Positions 27,091 through 42,164 of a stretch of DNA of 64,000 nt are shown piece after piece. The position numbers and the translations under genes are program-made. Within the stretch, counting starts at the first letter, position 1; each line of letters begins with the position of its first letter. Below the pieces are notes generated by a model that saw nothing but the letters and a program-made list of their open reading frames with translations, was not told the DNA's origin and ran no database searches. Source of the stretch: the human T2T-CHM13v2.0 reference genome, Homo sapiens; NCBI RefSeq assembly GCF_009914755.1, contig NC_060930.1. One strand, 5' to 3'.

Positions 27091-30000
27091 TAACTTTGCC
27101 TTCTGCCGTATCTCCCATCTTCCCCTTTTGCCACATCTCTCCTTTGCTTCTAGCACAGTTTGGAAAGGATCCCTCCAAGTCTGAGGATCGCTGGTTCTAG
27201 GGAGGGGAGGGCAGGGGCTGTTGGTGTCCCTAAGCTGCTAACACCAGGTGGTATCTGTCCAAAGAAGAGGCTTTTCTATGGAAATTGCATTGTTTTTCCA
27301 AAAATCAGTCATCTTGCCCTCTTGGCTCAGCCTCATACAGCACATCTGGGATGCGTTTACTAGAAACTTCCCCCGGAGGCCTGAGCCTGGTGCAGAAATT
27401 GAGAAGACTGGAAATGAGTAAGACTCATGCCAGGGCACTTAACAGGATCCACCAGTGGCACCTACTTTTCCACAGGAAGCCACACAAGTCAAGAATCCAC
27501 CATGATTTTGCAAGATGGCTCCAGGGAAAGCCCTCCTGGGTTGTGCCTCAAATGCCCAAAGGGCTCCTCATTCTGCCATGCACCCCACCTCATTCTGAAG
27601 GCCTAGCCCTCATTGTGTGTGCACATCCAACCTCCAGGGCCCATCTTGCCTCTTTCTATCCAAGTCCCTGCCTTTAGTGCCTGCCCAGGGTCCTGGATCC
27701 CCCAAGGCTGGGACCCGCCTTGCTCTTGCCTTTCTTGTCAGAAGCTGTACTTCTGTCCTTAGCCCCAGTCTGATGGCAGGAGACCCTTCCTGCTGACCAG
27801 CCTTCCCACTATATTCCCAGTCTCCCATGGCTGGGAAATAGGGTTGGCTTCAGTTGTCCCTACTGGGATGCACCAAAAGTAGCAGGAAAAGATTCAAGAA
27901 CCCTTTAATGCTCACAGCTTCGTCAGCATCCAGACGTCGTTCAGTCCCCTGCCTCCAGAGCAGGGTGTCCACCACTCACTCTTGCTGGCCTCCTGTCAAT
28001 GGCTGACCATGCTCTTCTCACTTTGCCTAAAACTCAGTTTACCCCCACACCTGTCTATATGCTCTATTTTCTCTCCTGATGAAAGAGCGGAGAATGTGTC
28101 TATACTCACTCAGGTATACAACACAGTTACAAAACCACCTTCCTTCCTCTTAAATGACTGCATTAATTAAAGGTTTGTAGGCCTGGAAGATGCTAAGGTT
28201 CTAGGTCAAGGAATTTCCTCTTCTGTGCTCCTAGAGCTGACAGTTGTAAGGAAAGGAAGGGCAGCTCAGGGAGGACATCTAAAGGGCTCTCTTGTCTCCT
28301 GGTTACCTGGCCTCAGCACATCGCCCACACCCTCTGCCACTTCAATCCCTGCCCAGAGGGGACAGAGGGGACACTGGAAAATCCCCTCCCTCCCTCCCTC
28401 TAACCCTCTCCTCTCTCCAACAAGCCCTGGGCACAGCAATGTTCACCCAAGAGTGATGCTGAAGTCAGCCAGGTTCCTAAGAAAGGGTCATGGCCAGAGG
28501 ACTTCGAAACTGCTTCAAGAAATGGAGGGAGGGTGCGGTGACTTCATATGTTTAGGACCAAAGAACAGTCCTAGGGATGCTGGAGGAGATAGGGGGGAGG
28601 ACGTGGTCACTGCTTTCAGAAGCTGCTGCATGAAGGCTGCATGCTGCAAATGTTAAGAAATAGCCATGCCAGGCTGACATCTTCCTGACCTCCTGCCACC
28701 TTCAGGGCTCTCCTTTAGCCTCCCTGTCCTAGTGTAAGAGTAGCCACCTGTGCCTGCATTGAGTCCACTAGCCTGGGAGAGGCCCAAAGTTCTGGATCAT
28801 GCCTCCCTCAAAAGACTGGGGCTCAAGATAGTCCTGAGGGTGACAGAGGTGCAGGGCTTCCTCAGGGGGCAAGCAGAAGAGTCCTGGTTTTCTTCCAAGG
28901 ACCCCTGCCCCCTGCTGTTCAGTCCTCTCCAGCCCCCAGGGCTTCTCAACCCCCTGCTCGTCTCCACATACTCTGTCAGCCTTAAGGAGGCTCTTGTGGA
29001 TCCTCATTCCTTCGGGACAGGAGGCCAACAGCTACGTCCTGAGCCTCAGCTCTTCCCTGGCCATGCCCCCGCCTCACACCTCCAGCCCTGATTTTGTGCC
29101 TCTGCTTCCAAGGGAGGAAGATGAACGACGGAGGAAGTTCTGAGCTAAGGAAGGGAGTATTGATGAAAGTTGTGTTGACAAAAGAATGTGTCAAGACTAA
29201 GTATGATTCTTTCCAGAAGTACAAGAAAGCCAAATTCTGGGAAACTCAACATAACCTACTATATTAGCATGTAAAATAGATTAATTTTCCCAACATGTTT
29301 AATGGGGAGACTCTAAAAGCAGTCCCGTTAAAGTTGACGTCAGCTCTCCCCATAAACTATCACCATTAGTATTTAATATTGTTCTGCAATTACTTGACAA
29401 TGCAGTTAGATGAAAAATAAAATAAGAGGTATAAATATTGTAAAAAGAAAGCAGTTATTATCATTGGATGATATTACTCTATACTTGGATATTCCAAGAG
29501 AATCAGCTAAAGAACTTTTAGTAATATCAGGAATTTATCAAAGTGGCTAGTTTAAAAACAAGATTTCCTAAATACAAGAAATAACTAATAAAAGAATATG
29601 GAAAAACATCCCATTAATAAGGTTAACAAAAACCTAACATAAAACACATAGAAAAAATGTGCAGATACATGGAAATAGCTGTAAAAGCTAAATGAGGGAC
29701 ATACACATAGACTTGAATCGATGGAGAAAGACCTTTTCCTTGGATAAAAAGTCAGTAATATTGTAAGCATGTCAGTGTCACCATAATTAAACTATAAATT
29801 CAGCATACTTCTGTACAAAATATCAGCTGCTTTTGGGGGATAATTTGACAAAATGATTACATACAAATTCCTCTGGAAAAATAAATATAAATGAATAGAA
29901 CATTCCTGGAAGGAAAAATAAGTAAACTAACAAGGAAAGAGTAGCACTATAAAACATTTTTCAAAAATAGTATACAGCTACAATAATTAAAATAGTGTGG

Positions 30001-30730
30001 GACTGGTGCCTGCATACAGATCAATTGGAAAGAATAAAACAATTTTAAATAGGCCCAAATAAACATGAGAATTCAATTCAATAAATTGAGATACTAGTCA
30101 GATATTTGGATCAAAAATAAATAAATCTGGATTCGCTACATCACTCCTAATATGGACATAAATTCCAACAGGATCAAAGATTTAAAGAAAGGAAAACATT
30201 TTAAAAATAGTCATAAAAGTGCCAGAAGAAAATATGTGTAAATGTTTTCGTGAACCTGGGATAGCGATTTTCCTAGTCATAGAACAAAACAGAAGTCATA
30301 ACAAAGAAGATTAACAAATGTACCTACGCAGACATTCAAGGAAAAAGCTCCATAAACAAAATCAAAGGACAAAATAAGAGAAAAGTACCTGCAAGATGTA
30401 TGACAAAGTGCTAATTTTCCTAATTTAAAATAAGACATTTTTTAAAACAGTAAGAAAAAGATTAAACAATCCAATGGCAAAATATAGGCAAAGAATACAA
30501 ACAGGTCATTCACAAAAAACACAACTGGCTAATGAAAATATAAACAATGTTCAATCTCACTAATCATTTTAAATGCAAATTAAAACAAGATCTAATTTTT
30601 CATTTATCAGATTGACGAAGATGAAGAAGGTGATACTATACAGCATTGTGGAAGACGTGGCAACACAGGCAATCTCATGCAATGCTAATGAAATGAAAAT
30701 TAGTACACTCTGCCGCAATTAGGCGTTATG

Positions 30731-31061
<331 letters not shown>

Positions 31062-31078
31062 TAAATTTTAAATGTTCT

Positions 31079-31423
<345 letters not shown>

Positions 31424-31595
31424 CTAGGATATTATGCAACTGCCCAAAGATATATGTACAAAGCTGTTCATGGCAGCATTGTTTATAATTTTTAAAAAGG
31501 GAAACAAATCACAGCTTCATTTATAGGGAGGTGGTTAGGTAAATAATAGCACATCCACAGAGCAAACTACTCTGCTGCTATTGAAAAGAATGAGG

Positions 31596-31743
31596 GGCTG
31601 GGCATGGTGGCTCATGCCTTAAATCCCAGCACTTTGGGAGGCCAAGGCAGAAGGATCAACCACTTGAGACCAGGAGTTTCAGGTCAGCCTGGGCAATATA
31701 AGAAGACCCTGTCTCTATTTAATAAATAAATAAAAATAAAAAA
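31596..31743 (+). mobile_element. Alu monomer (FLAM-like)
   Basis: Single left arm plus A tail. TSD AAAAGAAT(G/A)AGG. Confidence 0.88.
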
Positions 31744-32463
31744 GAATAAGGAAGCTTTATGTATATACCATCATGGAAGGAAGTCTAACATAAGTGAAAA
31801 AACAAATTGTTAACCTTATGTGTAACATATTTTTAAAATAATATGTTTTAATCATGCCTGGGCCCATCCACTTCTCTTTGGAGGTCCCTAAGGAAGCTTA
31901 ATACATAAAAACAGTGGTAAAGGCAGGCAAAATATCACTTTAATACTCACTGGGGTCCTGGCCTCCAGTGGGCAGGACAAAGGCCCCTCTGACAGTGCAC
32001 ACAGAAAGGATCCAGCGGTTCCTGGGGCTCCCTCTACCTTCACATCCTGTCACTCTGCCTGGGCCCAGATCCTCCACCTTGCCGTGCATGCACACAGGGG
32101 CCACTGATTGACTCAGAAGACCCCCACCCTCTGGTGGCTCTGGAATCTCTTCCTTCAGGGTGTGAAGGCCAGGGAGAGAGGCAGGGGAAGGGGTTGACCC
32201 ACCCTCTGGGGTCAGAGGTGCTGAGCCTCCCGGATGCAGGGGGTGGACCAGAGCCAGGAATTGCAACAGCTGGCCACGGGGTTTGTGGGTGAGTGGGCAG
32301 CCTGCTGTGGTGAGGAGGGGAAGGATTTGTGGGAAACATGGTTGGCAGAAATAGCCAGGATGGCATGCACCGGCAGCCTCTGGGGAGGGGACCCTTGCCC
32401 TCAGCCAACTCCCTCAGGGTCCATCCTGGGGCATTGCTGGCCACCTGGCCACCCTACAGGCTT

Positions 32464-32477
32464 TGAGTCACTTCCTG
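32464..32477 (-). promoter_or_regulatory. ETS/AP-1 composite element CAGGAAGTGACTCA
   Basis: The plus strand reads TGAGTCACTTCCTG. Further TGACTCA at 32109-32115 and 32506-32512. Motif only, no functional data. Confidence 0.6.
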
Positions 32478-32959
32478 TGTTTTTCTTTCCCCCCAGGTAG
32501 GCTCTTGACTCACAGCCCTCCTTCTCTTCTTCCTGTCCTTCTGTGGCTCAGGGGGCAAGGACAAGACCCACCTGAGGGTCAGGAGAAAAGTTAGGGGACC
32601 TTGGCTTGGGATAGGTGCCCTCCCACCCAGACCTCTTACCTCAAAGGCTACCTCAGTCAGTCAGTCCCCTGTGTCCAACCCAGCCCAAACAGGGACTCAC
32701 TGAGTCCCTCCTAACTCCTTCCCTCAGAGAGAAGGGCTGGAGTGCTCAGACCTCCTGTCTGCATCTTCGGCAGCTTCTGCCTTCTCTCCCAGTCCTGTAC
32801 CCTAACCTGGCTCTCACTCTCTCGCATTACAACAAACTTCCTCAGGAGTTCCATCTTCTCAACAAATATTTTCTAACTGAATCAGAGTCAAGGTAAATCT
32901 CCAGAGTAGGATCACAGGGCCAGCTGGTTGAGCAACACAGAAGCAGAGTCCTCTCCACT

Positions 32960-33517
32960 GGGGACACTTTGGTACTCATGGTTGGTTGTCTACTCAGCCT
33001 CTGTCCCCACACCCCTTTCCTCCTTTAAAACCCAACCCTCTCCGCCTCCTCCACAGTAAGGCCCTGTGCCTCACCAACCAGTTAGCGAAGCCTCATTCTC
33101 TCTAAAGGAATGGGTATGTGGCCTAATGTTGGCTGATGAGAACTCAAGAGTAAGTTTTCTAGGGGCACTCCAGGGAAAAGTTCTCCTTATTTGAAAAACA
33201 GACCTTGAGAAAGATATGGCCCCCTCTTCAACCTCCAGGCATATTATGTCTGGATGCGATGTCTGGACTTTGAGCAGCCACCTTACAACCATGAAGGGCG
33301 CTATAGCACCTGAGAAGCAAATCAACACGCTGAGGATAGCAGGGCAGAAAAACAGACAGAACCTGGATCCTTGATTATGTGATAGATCCACTCAATTACC
33401 CTCCCTAGACCCACGGTCCCTAGGGACTTTTCTCAGGAAATGAAAACTTCCTGTATTGTCTAAACCATTTTGAATCAGGGTTTCTGTTACTTGCAGTCAA
33501 AGAGCCCTGAGGATACA
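32960..33517 (+). mobile_element. MLT1K/J-like MaLR LTR
   Basis: GCAGCCACCTTACAACCATGAAGGG...GAACCTGGATCCTTGAT...TTTCTGTTACTTGCAG...GATACA. Confidence 0.75.
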
Positions 33518-34735
33518 GCTAGATATTTGGCAAGTATGGATGAAGAAACCAAATGAGTAGTTGTGAGCAAGGAGGGTGCACGGCCTGAGGAAGGAGACCA
33601 CATTTCCAAACCTCTGGCTCATGTTTAGCCTCATGACATGAGACCAGGCCAGCTGGATGCTGAGAGAAGCAGGAGGAATTTGGATTGTGTGTGTATAAAG
33701 ATGTAAGAAACAAGAGCTGGAGTGAGGGTACCTCTGGGAATCAGTAGCTCAGGTGTGGTGAGGGAGAGATACAGAGATGTTCATTACAGCATTGTTTATT
33801 CATGATTCCAAAAAGAGTGGAAGCAACCCAGAGGTTTATTTATAGAGAATCGATGAAACAAATGTTAGTATGTCCATAGAGTGGGAGCTGGGCATCAGCA
33901 GAACCTCAAAAGAGGAGGCACCAGCCAAGTGGGAGCCCTGGATAGGGTCGCGTGGTCCACCAACTGTGGACCTCCATCGAGCACCAGGTCTTCTCCTCAC
34001 CAGCTTGGAAGGAGGAGCCTTTGGCCAGGCTCCTGGTTCAGTTCCTGTCACATATTTCTTTGCATTATACATTCCATTCCCTGACTCCCCAGTACAGCTC
34101 TGACTCCCCAGCACTGCCACTCCCTTCTCAAGGGCAGGGACTCCCTCTTCTGTGTCTCAGGGCTGCCCTGGGCTAAGCATAGTGGTTGGGGCCTGATTAC
34201 ATAGGATCCAGGAGGAAGACAGCTTCTGTTAAAGGTAAGGGAGGAGGAAGACTGTCTAGAAAAAACAATCAGGAAAGTGGAAGGGCCAAGGTTTACTGAG
34301 CAGGACCATTGCTGTGGAACCAGGAGAGGGACAGAGATGGGAGAGGAGGAGATGAAGAAACAGACTCTAGATGGAGGGCAACGGAGCTAGGATGGGGACA
34401 GGAGAGCCAGAGAGGAGATCCAGCCCCTACGGCACCATGGGAGGGCACCCAACTACAACCCACGGTAATGCATTTCACCCCCAACCCAATGCCAACACAC
34501 ATGGGTGTGCAGAAACTTGAAATGAACATTGCGCAAAACTACACTTCCCCCTACAACATGTAAAGCACTCTGTTTTCTATTCTATTCTACTTCATGTTTT
34601 TCAAATGCTGGTCACAACCTACTGTTAGGGTTGTGACCAGCCAGGGACAAAGTCCGTGCGGAGACCAAGCACAGGCATTTAGACTCTTTATAGCAATTTT
34701 TTCTCTTGAATCCCACAATACAAAATCGGAGTTTG

Positions 34736-35033
<298 letters not shown>

Positions 35034-35097
35034 CTGTACTTTGTCTTATTTTATCTTTCTAATCATTTCTTTGCATTATACAATATGGAATTTTCTG

Positions 35098-35381
35098 TGA
35101 GACAGAGTCTCGCTCTGTCGCCCAGGCTGGGGTGCAGTGGCGCAATCTCGGCTCACTGCAACCTCCACCTCCTGTGTTCAAGCAAGTCTCATGTCTCAGC
35201 GTCCCGAATAGCTGGGATTACAGGTGTGTGCCACAACACCCAGATAATTTTTGTATTTTTTAGTAAAGATGGGGTTTCACCACATTGGCCAGGCTGGTCT
35301 CGAACTCCTGGCCTCAAGTGATCTGCCTGACTCAGCCTCCCAAATTGCTGGGATTACAGGCATGAGCCACTGCGCCCGGCC
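35098..35381 (-). mobile_element. AluS, antisense, tail largely missing
   Basis: TGAGACAGAGTCTCGC...GCGCCCGGCC. Confidence 0.95.
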
Positions 35382-38300
35382 GACAGATTGGGATTTAAAA
35401 AAAAAAAAAAACTAGTCGTTCTTTCAGGTAGCTTGAAAAGCACTGTGTTGGAGGATACGGGCCCTGCCTAGCAGCTCACAGTCCAAGATGGAAAACTCCT
35501 CTGGCCTTTCCACACTGGGGAGCAGCCTGCAGGCCTGCCTTCCACAAATGCCCCCTTCCCTGCCTATCAGAATCCTCCAAGGCTCTGTTCAACGCTATCT
35601 CTCCAGGAAAACTTCTGAGATGGCACCCGCCTGTACTCGCTGTTGCCCTGGAGCTCTCACAATACACTGCCTGCACCCCTTTACCCTATTTCATGTTCTC
35701 GTCTGGGTGGCCGTCAATGGACCTGCTTAGCATAGATTCAGGCCATGGGTCTGACACAAGCACAGTTTTGCACATAGTAGGTACATCAAAGGTAAGAGAG
35801 AAAGAGGAGCACAGACAGGATGGGAAAAGGAGGGAGATGGAGGGATGGGCGCTATGGATGGTCACCAGGGATGGGAAGTCTGAGTCCAGGTTCTTCTGAT
35901 ACCGCAAAGTCAGAGGAGGGCCATGGGTAGAAATCCTAGGTGTATCCTAGCCTAAGTGGTTCAAGGAGGGGAGCAGCGTAGGGTGCCCACTGGAGCAGGA
36001 AGAAGGGGGTTGCTCTGAGCCAGGTTTCCCCAGGCACCATGGAGCCTATCCTGAGGAGGGGAACAAGAGGTGGGTCTGGGGAGAACTGGGCGGGGCCTGG
36101 GAGCTATTAAGTGTTTGCCTCAGGGGAGGCAAAGCGGGGAGCCCTCTGAAAGGGGTGCTGCGGGTTCTTCACTGAAAGGTCAGAGAGTATGCTAAACCCA
36201 GGCAAGCCCGCAAGAGGTCGTTTCATCCATCTTCCTGCCTCCATCCCAAACTCTGGTAGCAACATCTGGACTTTCCATCCTAACATGCCCTGGAGCTGGG
36301 ACATACTGACTCCCTTGGATGGTTTGTTTCCCTCTGCCCTGGAAGCCCCTGCCATCCCCACATCATTTTGACAGTGTCTTAGCTTTGAAATTTTGCTGTG
36401 TGACCTCAGGCAAATCAGTTGACCTCTCAGAGCCTCAGTTTCCTCATCCGTTCAATGGGGATAATAGCACCGGGGTGCTATTGCGGGAACAAAGTGAATA
36501 ATGCATGGGAAGTGCCTGGCAGGTGGTGGGTGTTGGTCAGTACCCCCTCTTGCCCCAGGCTGCTCCCTGGGATGGCACTTAGCCAGGAAACTTGGATATC
36601 ATGTAGTGTGTCTGCTGTGGGTCCAGCAGTCTGGCAGAGCAAGGAGGAATGGGCTATCTGAGATGGAGAGTGGGTAACCAAAGAAGGCCTCCAAGAGGAG
36701 GTGAGTTGCAGACAGGAACTGATGCCTGAACTATGGAGTAAAGAGAGGGCAATCTTCCCACGTGGGAGACCTGATCTCTGCTAAGACTCATGAGAAAGAA
36801 AAAGCTGGGGTAGGAACACAGGGCAGAACAGCCGGGCCAGTTCCTGGAATGGGGAAAGGTGTGCGGAGGGGACAGCTGGCAGAAAGGGCCACTGGGAGCC
36901 ACTTCTGAGGGTCAGCAAGCCTGGCATGCTCCTGGCCCTGCTCAAGACGGTGACGAGTCAGCAGGGGAGGAACTCCCACTGAGCCAGGTGAGCAGCCCTG
37001 GCCTCAGGAGTGAGGCTGCCAGCTTGCCTCCAGGAACTGGCAGCAACCCTGGCAGGGACAGGGGCAAGGGCCTGGGGAGTGGAACAATGTGCTTTGTGTG
37101 CGCTGGCCATGGTGGGGCTGGCTCTTGAAATTTCCCTAGAATAAGCTGGAGCCCAGGGGCAGAGCTAGGGCTGCCTCTGCTGAGAAAGCCTAACCCTGCA
37201 GTCCACCCAGGGCGACAGGAGCCCCCACCCCAGCCCTCACCCCTCCATCTTCAACCAGACCCTTCACAGCCTGCCCCACCTTGGCTCAACCAGTAGCTCC
37301 TCCACACTCACCCACGCCCTTCACTCCTGCCTGGGGCACACGCACCCCCCTGCACCCTGTGCTCAGTGCATGCACCCCCCCACCACACACACACAGGCAG
37401 GGGTCACCCAGTGTCCAGTGGGTTTATGGAGAGAGGGGGTTCCCCTTGTACTAGATAGTATGAAGAAACCATGATGTGGGGGCCAGAGAGCGACAGACAC
37501 AGAGAAAGACAGGAGGGCCCGATGGGAGAGTTACGACCAGAGAACAGGACAAGAAAGAAGAAAGGGACAAAGAAAGGGGGGGTCGAAAACAGACACAGAA
37601 AGACAGAGGCAGTGAGGGGAAGGACCTCAGAAGAAGAGCGGGACACTGTCCTGGGGGTTCCTGGGGCTCTGGTGGTGGGCAGTGGTGTGCTCTGCCCTCA
37701 GCCCTACAAGCCCCAGCGCCCTTGGTCACCCACTCTGGGCCTGCCACCAAGATAGTTCCTAAACTCTCTCCTCTTCTCACAGTTCCCTCCCCCGGCCCTG
37801 TGTCACGTTCAGGTAAAATATTCAGGGCTCACCCACCACTTCAAGAGGGAGGAAGTCCTGAGCTCCCAGGTCCAGGCTTTAAGGGCTGGGGGCCAGGCCC
37901 TCGGCTTCTGCACGGTGCTCCACACAGCTGTGTAGACTGCAGGGCCCTCTGACATCTGTCCATCCCTGGTGTAAGCAGACCTTACTTGAGCCCCAGGCCT
38001 ATTGACCCCCAGGGACAGCATCTCTACCACTCATTCACAGGAGCCCCCAGAATCCAGCCAACATAGCTTCATTTTCTCCCCAAAAGGCATTGCTTGCTTT
38101 TTGGAGGAAACACTCCTCCCGGCTTTCCAGGCCTATCACGCCACCCCAGGACCACTGACTGTTTCCGTTGTCCTCGCCTCTTCTCTAGGAGCTCATTTCC
38201 TCTGCATACTCGGAGATTTTCATCTCCTGCCTCCTTCAGATGCCCATAAAGAGGGCAGGCATACCCAGTCTGGCTCAGGTACCCAGGGAAGCTACTGACT

Positions 38301-40100
38301 GGCCAGAGAAGGGTCTGGTCTCCTTCCTCCTTTGTTTCTTGCCTCTCAACCAGTCCCCTCTCCATGACAAAATATTGTCTTCAGTCCCACCAACAGTTTG
38401 GAGGTGGACACTTTGCAGGGGAGGCTTAAACCCTAACTACTACATGCTCTTCACCTTCCCTCAGCTGGGTACACAGGGTTTCCCCCTTAGGGAAGCAACT
38501 GGATTGCCTCTCTTCCAGAAAATTAAAGCCACCCAGGACTTCAGTGCCAGGCCCTTTATTATGAATTCCTCCAACAGGCCTGGAATGAAAGCCAGGCTGC
38601 TGACTAGGGCTGGCCCTCCAAATCCCCTCAGACCCTAACAAGGAAGAGAGCTATCTTGCACAATGCCACTTGCCAGGCCACCTGCAGCCCCACAAGTCCA
38701 CCTCCTCATTCTCGTTCCCGAGCACTGCCAGGGGCCATCAGAAAGAAAGAGGGCTAGGGATGGGAATGGAGACTGAGTCCTACAGGTAGGGAGGGCAAGG
38801 GACTGAAAGAAAAGGAGAGCAAGAAGGAGGGAGGGGAAGACCGAACCAGAAAAAGATGTCGGGGGTGGGGGTTGGGGTGGGGTGGGATCTGTGGAGAGAG
38901 AGTGGAAGAGAGAAAGAGATGGGGAGAGAGACAGGGAAAAGAGAAATAAGAGTCATGGTAAGAAAGAGACAGGAACAGAGAGCCTAGGCTTCTCCTGGCT
39001 TCTCTAGACCTCTCCAGTGGGATTTAAGACCTCAAGCAATCCTGGAGATCAAGATGGAGGCTTGGCCTGCAGTTTGAGGATCAAACTGTCTCCTGGAAAC
39101 TACCCCCATGCCCTGGACCCAGCCTCCGTGGCCCAGGACAGTAGTGGGGACAGGTTAAGGCTAGGGAGTGCCTTTGCCAGGCACTGGGAAAAGACACTGC
39201 AGGCCCCAAATTGTGGTTAATCTCCAAGGACACGCAAGAATGCAGCAGGAGAGACTAGGATTAGACAACAGGGAGAACTCGATGACAGCTAGAGCTCCGG
39301 GATTCATTCCCTGCAAGGGCAGGGAGGTTGAGGGGGCAGAGGAGGAAGGAATCTGCAAGGAGGTTGCTGACGTCCTCCTGGAAGGCTAGAAATGAAGCAC
39401 AGGCAGCCAAGTCTTCTCCCACCTCCCTCCACCCCCAGCGATGAGTCAGGGATTCCGCAGAATGCTGAATTCCTGTCTTCCTTTGGGCAATGATACTTGA
39501 CACTCTCCTAGGTTTTCTCTCCTGCCACAGAAGTAAAATCTTCAACCATTCTCAAGGACTTCTTTCTCCTCAGCTCCCCAGACAGGCCCCTGCTTTCCTG
39601 TGAGTCACTGTATCTTCAAAGCCCCTTCCTGCCTCAGCCTACCCCAATAGCTCTCAGGCTCCTGGCTTTGCACGTGTTGTTCTGTCTGCCTGGAACACTC
39701 TTCCCAGAACTAGCTTCTTCTCATCCACCAGAAACCAGTTTAGATGGCACCTGCTGAAACAGATCAGCTCACAAAGGCCCGGCACAATGCCTGGCCCACA
39801 GAAGCATTCCTGAGTGCTGTAAATGAATGAACTGTGAATCAATGAATGCAGAAGATTCTGAGGGGCAGAAACCACATGGCCTACCCTCAGGGAGCCCACG
39901 ATCTGATGGTGGAGACTCAGCCTCTGCCTTGGAACCCCTCAGTGAGCAGAGCTGTGGAACTCAAAGAAAGGAAAGCCTTGCCTGGGGCCTGCAACCAGGT
40001 TCCCTCTGAACTTCAAGGCAAGGAAGTCTTCTTCTATGGTCAGGGCCCAGCCCACACCTGCTACAAAGGCAGGGCCCAATGAACATTTCTGGGAGGGAGC

Positions 40101-40168
40101 AGAGGGGAGGGGAGGGGAGGGGAGGGAAGGGGAGGGGAGGGGAGGGGAGGGGAAGGGAGGGAAGGAAG
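40101..40168 (+). repeat. (GGGGA)n purine repeat
   Basis: Read directly from the sequence; more than 10 G3-G4 runs. Confidence 0.95.
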
Positions 40169-42164
40169 ACATCTCATGGACCTTTGGCTTTTCTTTGAGG
40201 GCTGCACTCTGGTCAAGAGGCTCCCTGGTGACCAGGGCCAACTGGCCCTTTCCATCAGAGCCAGGCACTGGAGAGCACAGTGTGGGTGCTTGCTCCATAT
40301 TTGAGAGCAGAATAGAGCTGGAGGACTCTGGGCATCGAGAAGCCAGGCCCCAGCGACAAGGCTACCTCAGTTTCCAGACCCACAATGAGAGCAACCAGAG
40401 GAGGGAGGGGAGAGGAGGCAGGCTGCCACAGGGCCAGGAAGAGGCAGCTAAGGCAGTGTGGGACCCACCTGGGGTGAATGGATGGCTGAGCCTCCAGGGT
40501 GGCCTCAAGGGTTGCAGGGGAGACCAGACAGGGCTAAGGGTTGCAGTCCTGGTGGGATCTGAGCCTGGGGAAAAGGGAGAAGCTGGGGAGGAATCCTTCC
40601 ACCAGCCCTTCAAGGCGAGCAAAGCCCCCTGCACTCCCCCAGCCCCAGCGAGAGCAGCTGGTTAGTGGATCAGGATCATTGCCTCAGGAAGGCAGGGGAG
40701 TTTCTGTGAATGAGTCTTTTCCATGCTCAAACCAAAACCTAAGTCCCTAGCCCAGCAGGCAAAGCTGCCACTTCCTCTCCAGAACAGCAAAGACCTAAGG
40801 CACTGGGAAGAGACCTGCCACTTGGGGCACCTCCCTTCAGGCCTCCCTGGGGGTGGCTGCTGTGGCAGAAGTGGAGGAGAGACAAGTCAGGATGGGAGAC
40901 TTTCTCCTGAGCTGGCCTCTGTGTTCTGCTGTGATATCCCTGCCCCAGGAGACAAAGTGCCACAGAGGGTAAATAGTAGGGGTGGAATTTAAACCCTGAG
41001 AAAGAGAGCAAAAAGTCACAGACTTCCTGGGTCTATGCAGGGATAAGAGCTAAGTGCCAGGGAATGAGTAAGTGCTGAAGCATGAAGCCAGGGGTTAGTG
41101 GGTCAGTGACCCACCCCATCCACCTATTCCTTAGCTGGCCATCATTAGGGAAATGATGTATTTATTTAACCAACACGTACATAGTGCAAGGTAAAACACA
41201 AATACCTAACAAATATTAATTCAGTGATTACCCAGAACAAACCTAGGAAGAGAGCACTATTGTCATCCCCAGTTGCAGATAGGGAAACTGAGGCCCAAGG
41301 AGGTTACCTGACTTGCCCCACATCACACAGCTGGAAAGTGGCTGAACCGGGATTCAAACCCAGACATGATGCTGCCCCAGTTGGGTCTTGCTGCTGCCAT
41401 GATTTCAAGGCCTGGAAGGGGTCAGAGAAAGTCAAAAGTCAGGAGGCCAGCATCAGAGTAGGGCAAGGACCTCCCCCAGCAACAGCCAGAGCCTGAGAGA
41501 GAGCAGCTGATGTAATTGCACCCCTTGTTGCGGGGGTGGGGAGTTGGCCCAGGCCCAGGGAGTGGCCAATGGCAGGGCCCCTGCCTCCCTCAGCTTGCCA
41601 GGGAGAAAAGGAACCCCTCCAGGGTATTTCTATTATCTGGAGGAGAAAGTGAGGTGGGAAGAAAAGTTGGCTGGAAAGCAGACTGAACTTGCAACTTGGT
41701 TTAATAACCAAATCCCAGTTCTCCCTGTGAGCCAGGGCTCCCTCCCACTGTCCCCTCCAGAAAAATCCAGGCCAGGCCTGGGTCTGGGAACAAAGAAGCC
41801 TGTCCCCACAACCCCCCCTCCCCCAGCTCCCAGCTCCCTACTAGAGCCCCAGAAGTAGGGTCCATTTCTCCTGGAACCTGCCATGGCCCCTCCAGGCCTC
41901 CAGTCCCACTCTTCCCGAGCTCAAAGAGAAGAGGAGGATCCCAGAGATGGGTGACTGCATTTTCCACCCTGAATATGAGGCTGTGTGGGTTGGAAAAATA
42001 AACGGCACTGGTTGGGGAAGGGGGAGTGAACTGTTTGAATGAGGGCTGTCCTGAGAAATGCCGGTCATGTGGTCCTTGGTCCAAATGAAAGGTCAGAGCA
42101 CCCACTGCGCAGTCAGAATGGCTGGGGAGCGGGAGGAAAGGGGAGGAGCAGAGTGGGCAGTCCT

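Noticed and set aside
29270-30720. Possible reverse-transcriptase gene
   Set aside because: A heavily decayed L1 ORF2 relic with stops in all frames.
32691-32709. Palindrome AGGGACTCA-C-TGAGTCCCT
   Set aside because: Nine-bp arms can occur by chance in 64 kb and I recognise no matching motif.
34610-34638. Hairpin GGTCACAACC-N9-GGTTGTGACC
   Set aside because: It lies in what looks like a DNA-transposon relic where such palindromes are intrinsic, and it is too short for a pre-miRNA.
40036-40665. 209-aa ORF, and similar 150-220 aa ORFs at 4411, 22662, 50493 and 50749
   Set aside because: They run through simple repeats or GC-rich DNA with no recognisable domain or exon structure, as expected by chance at this GC content.
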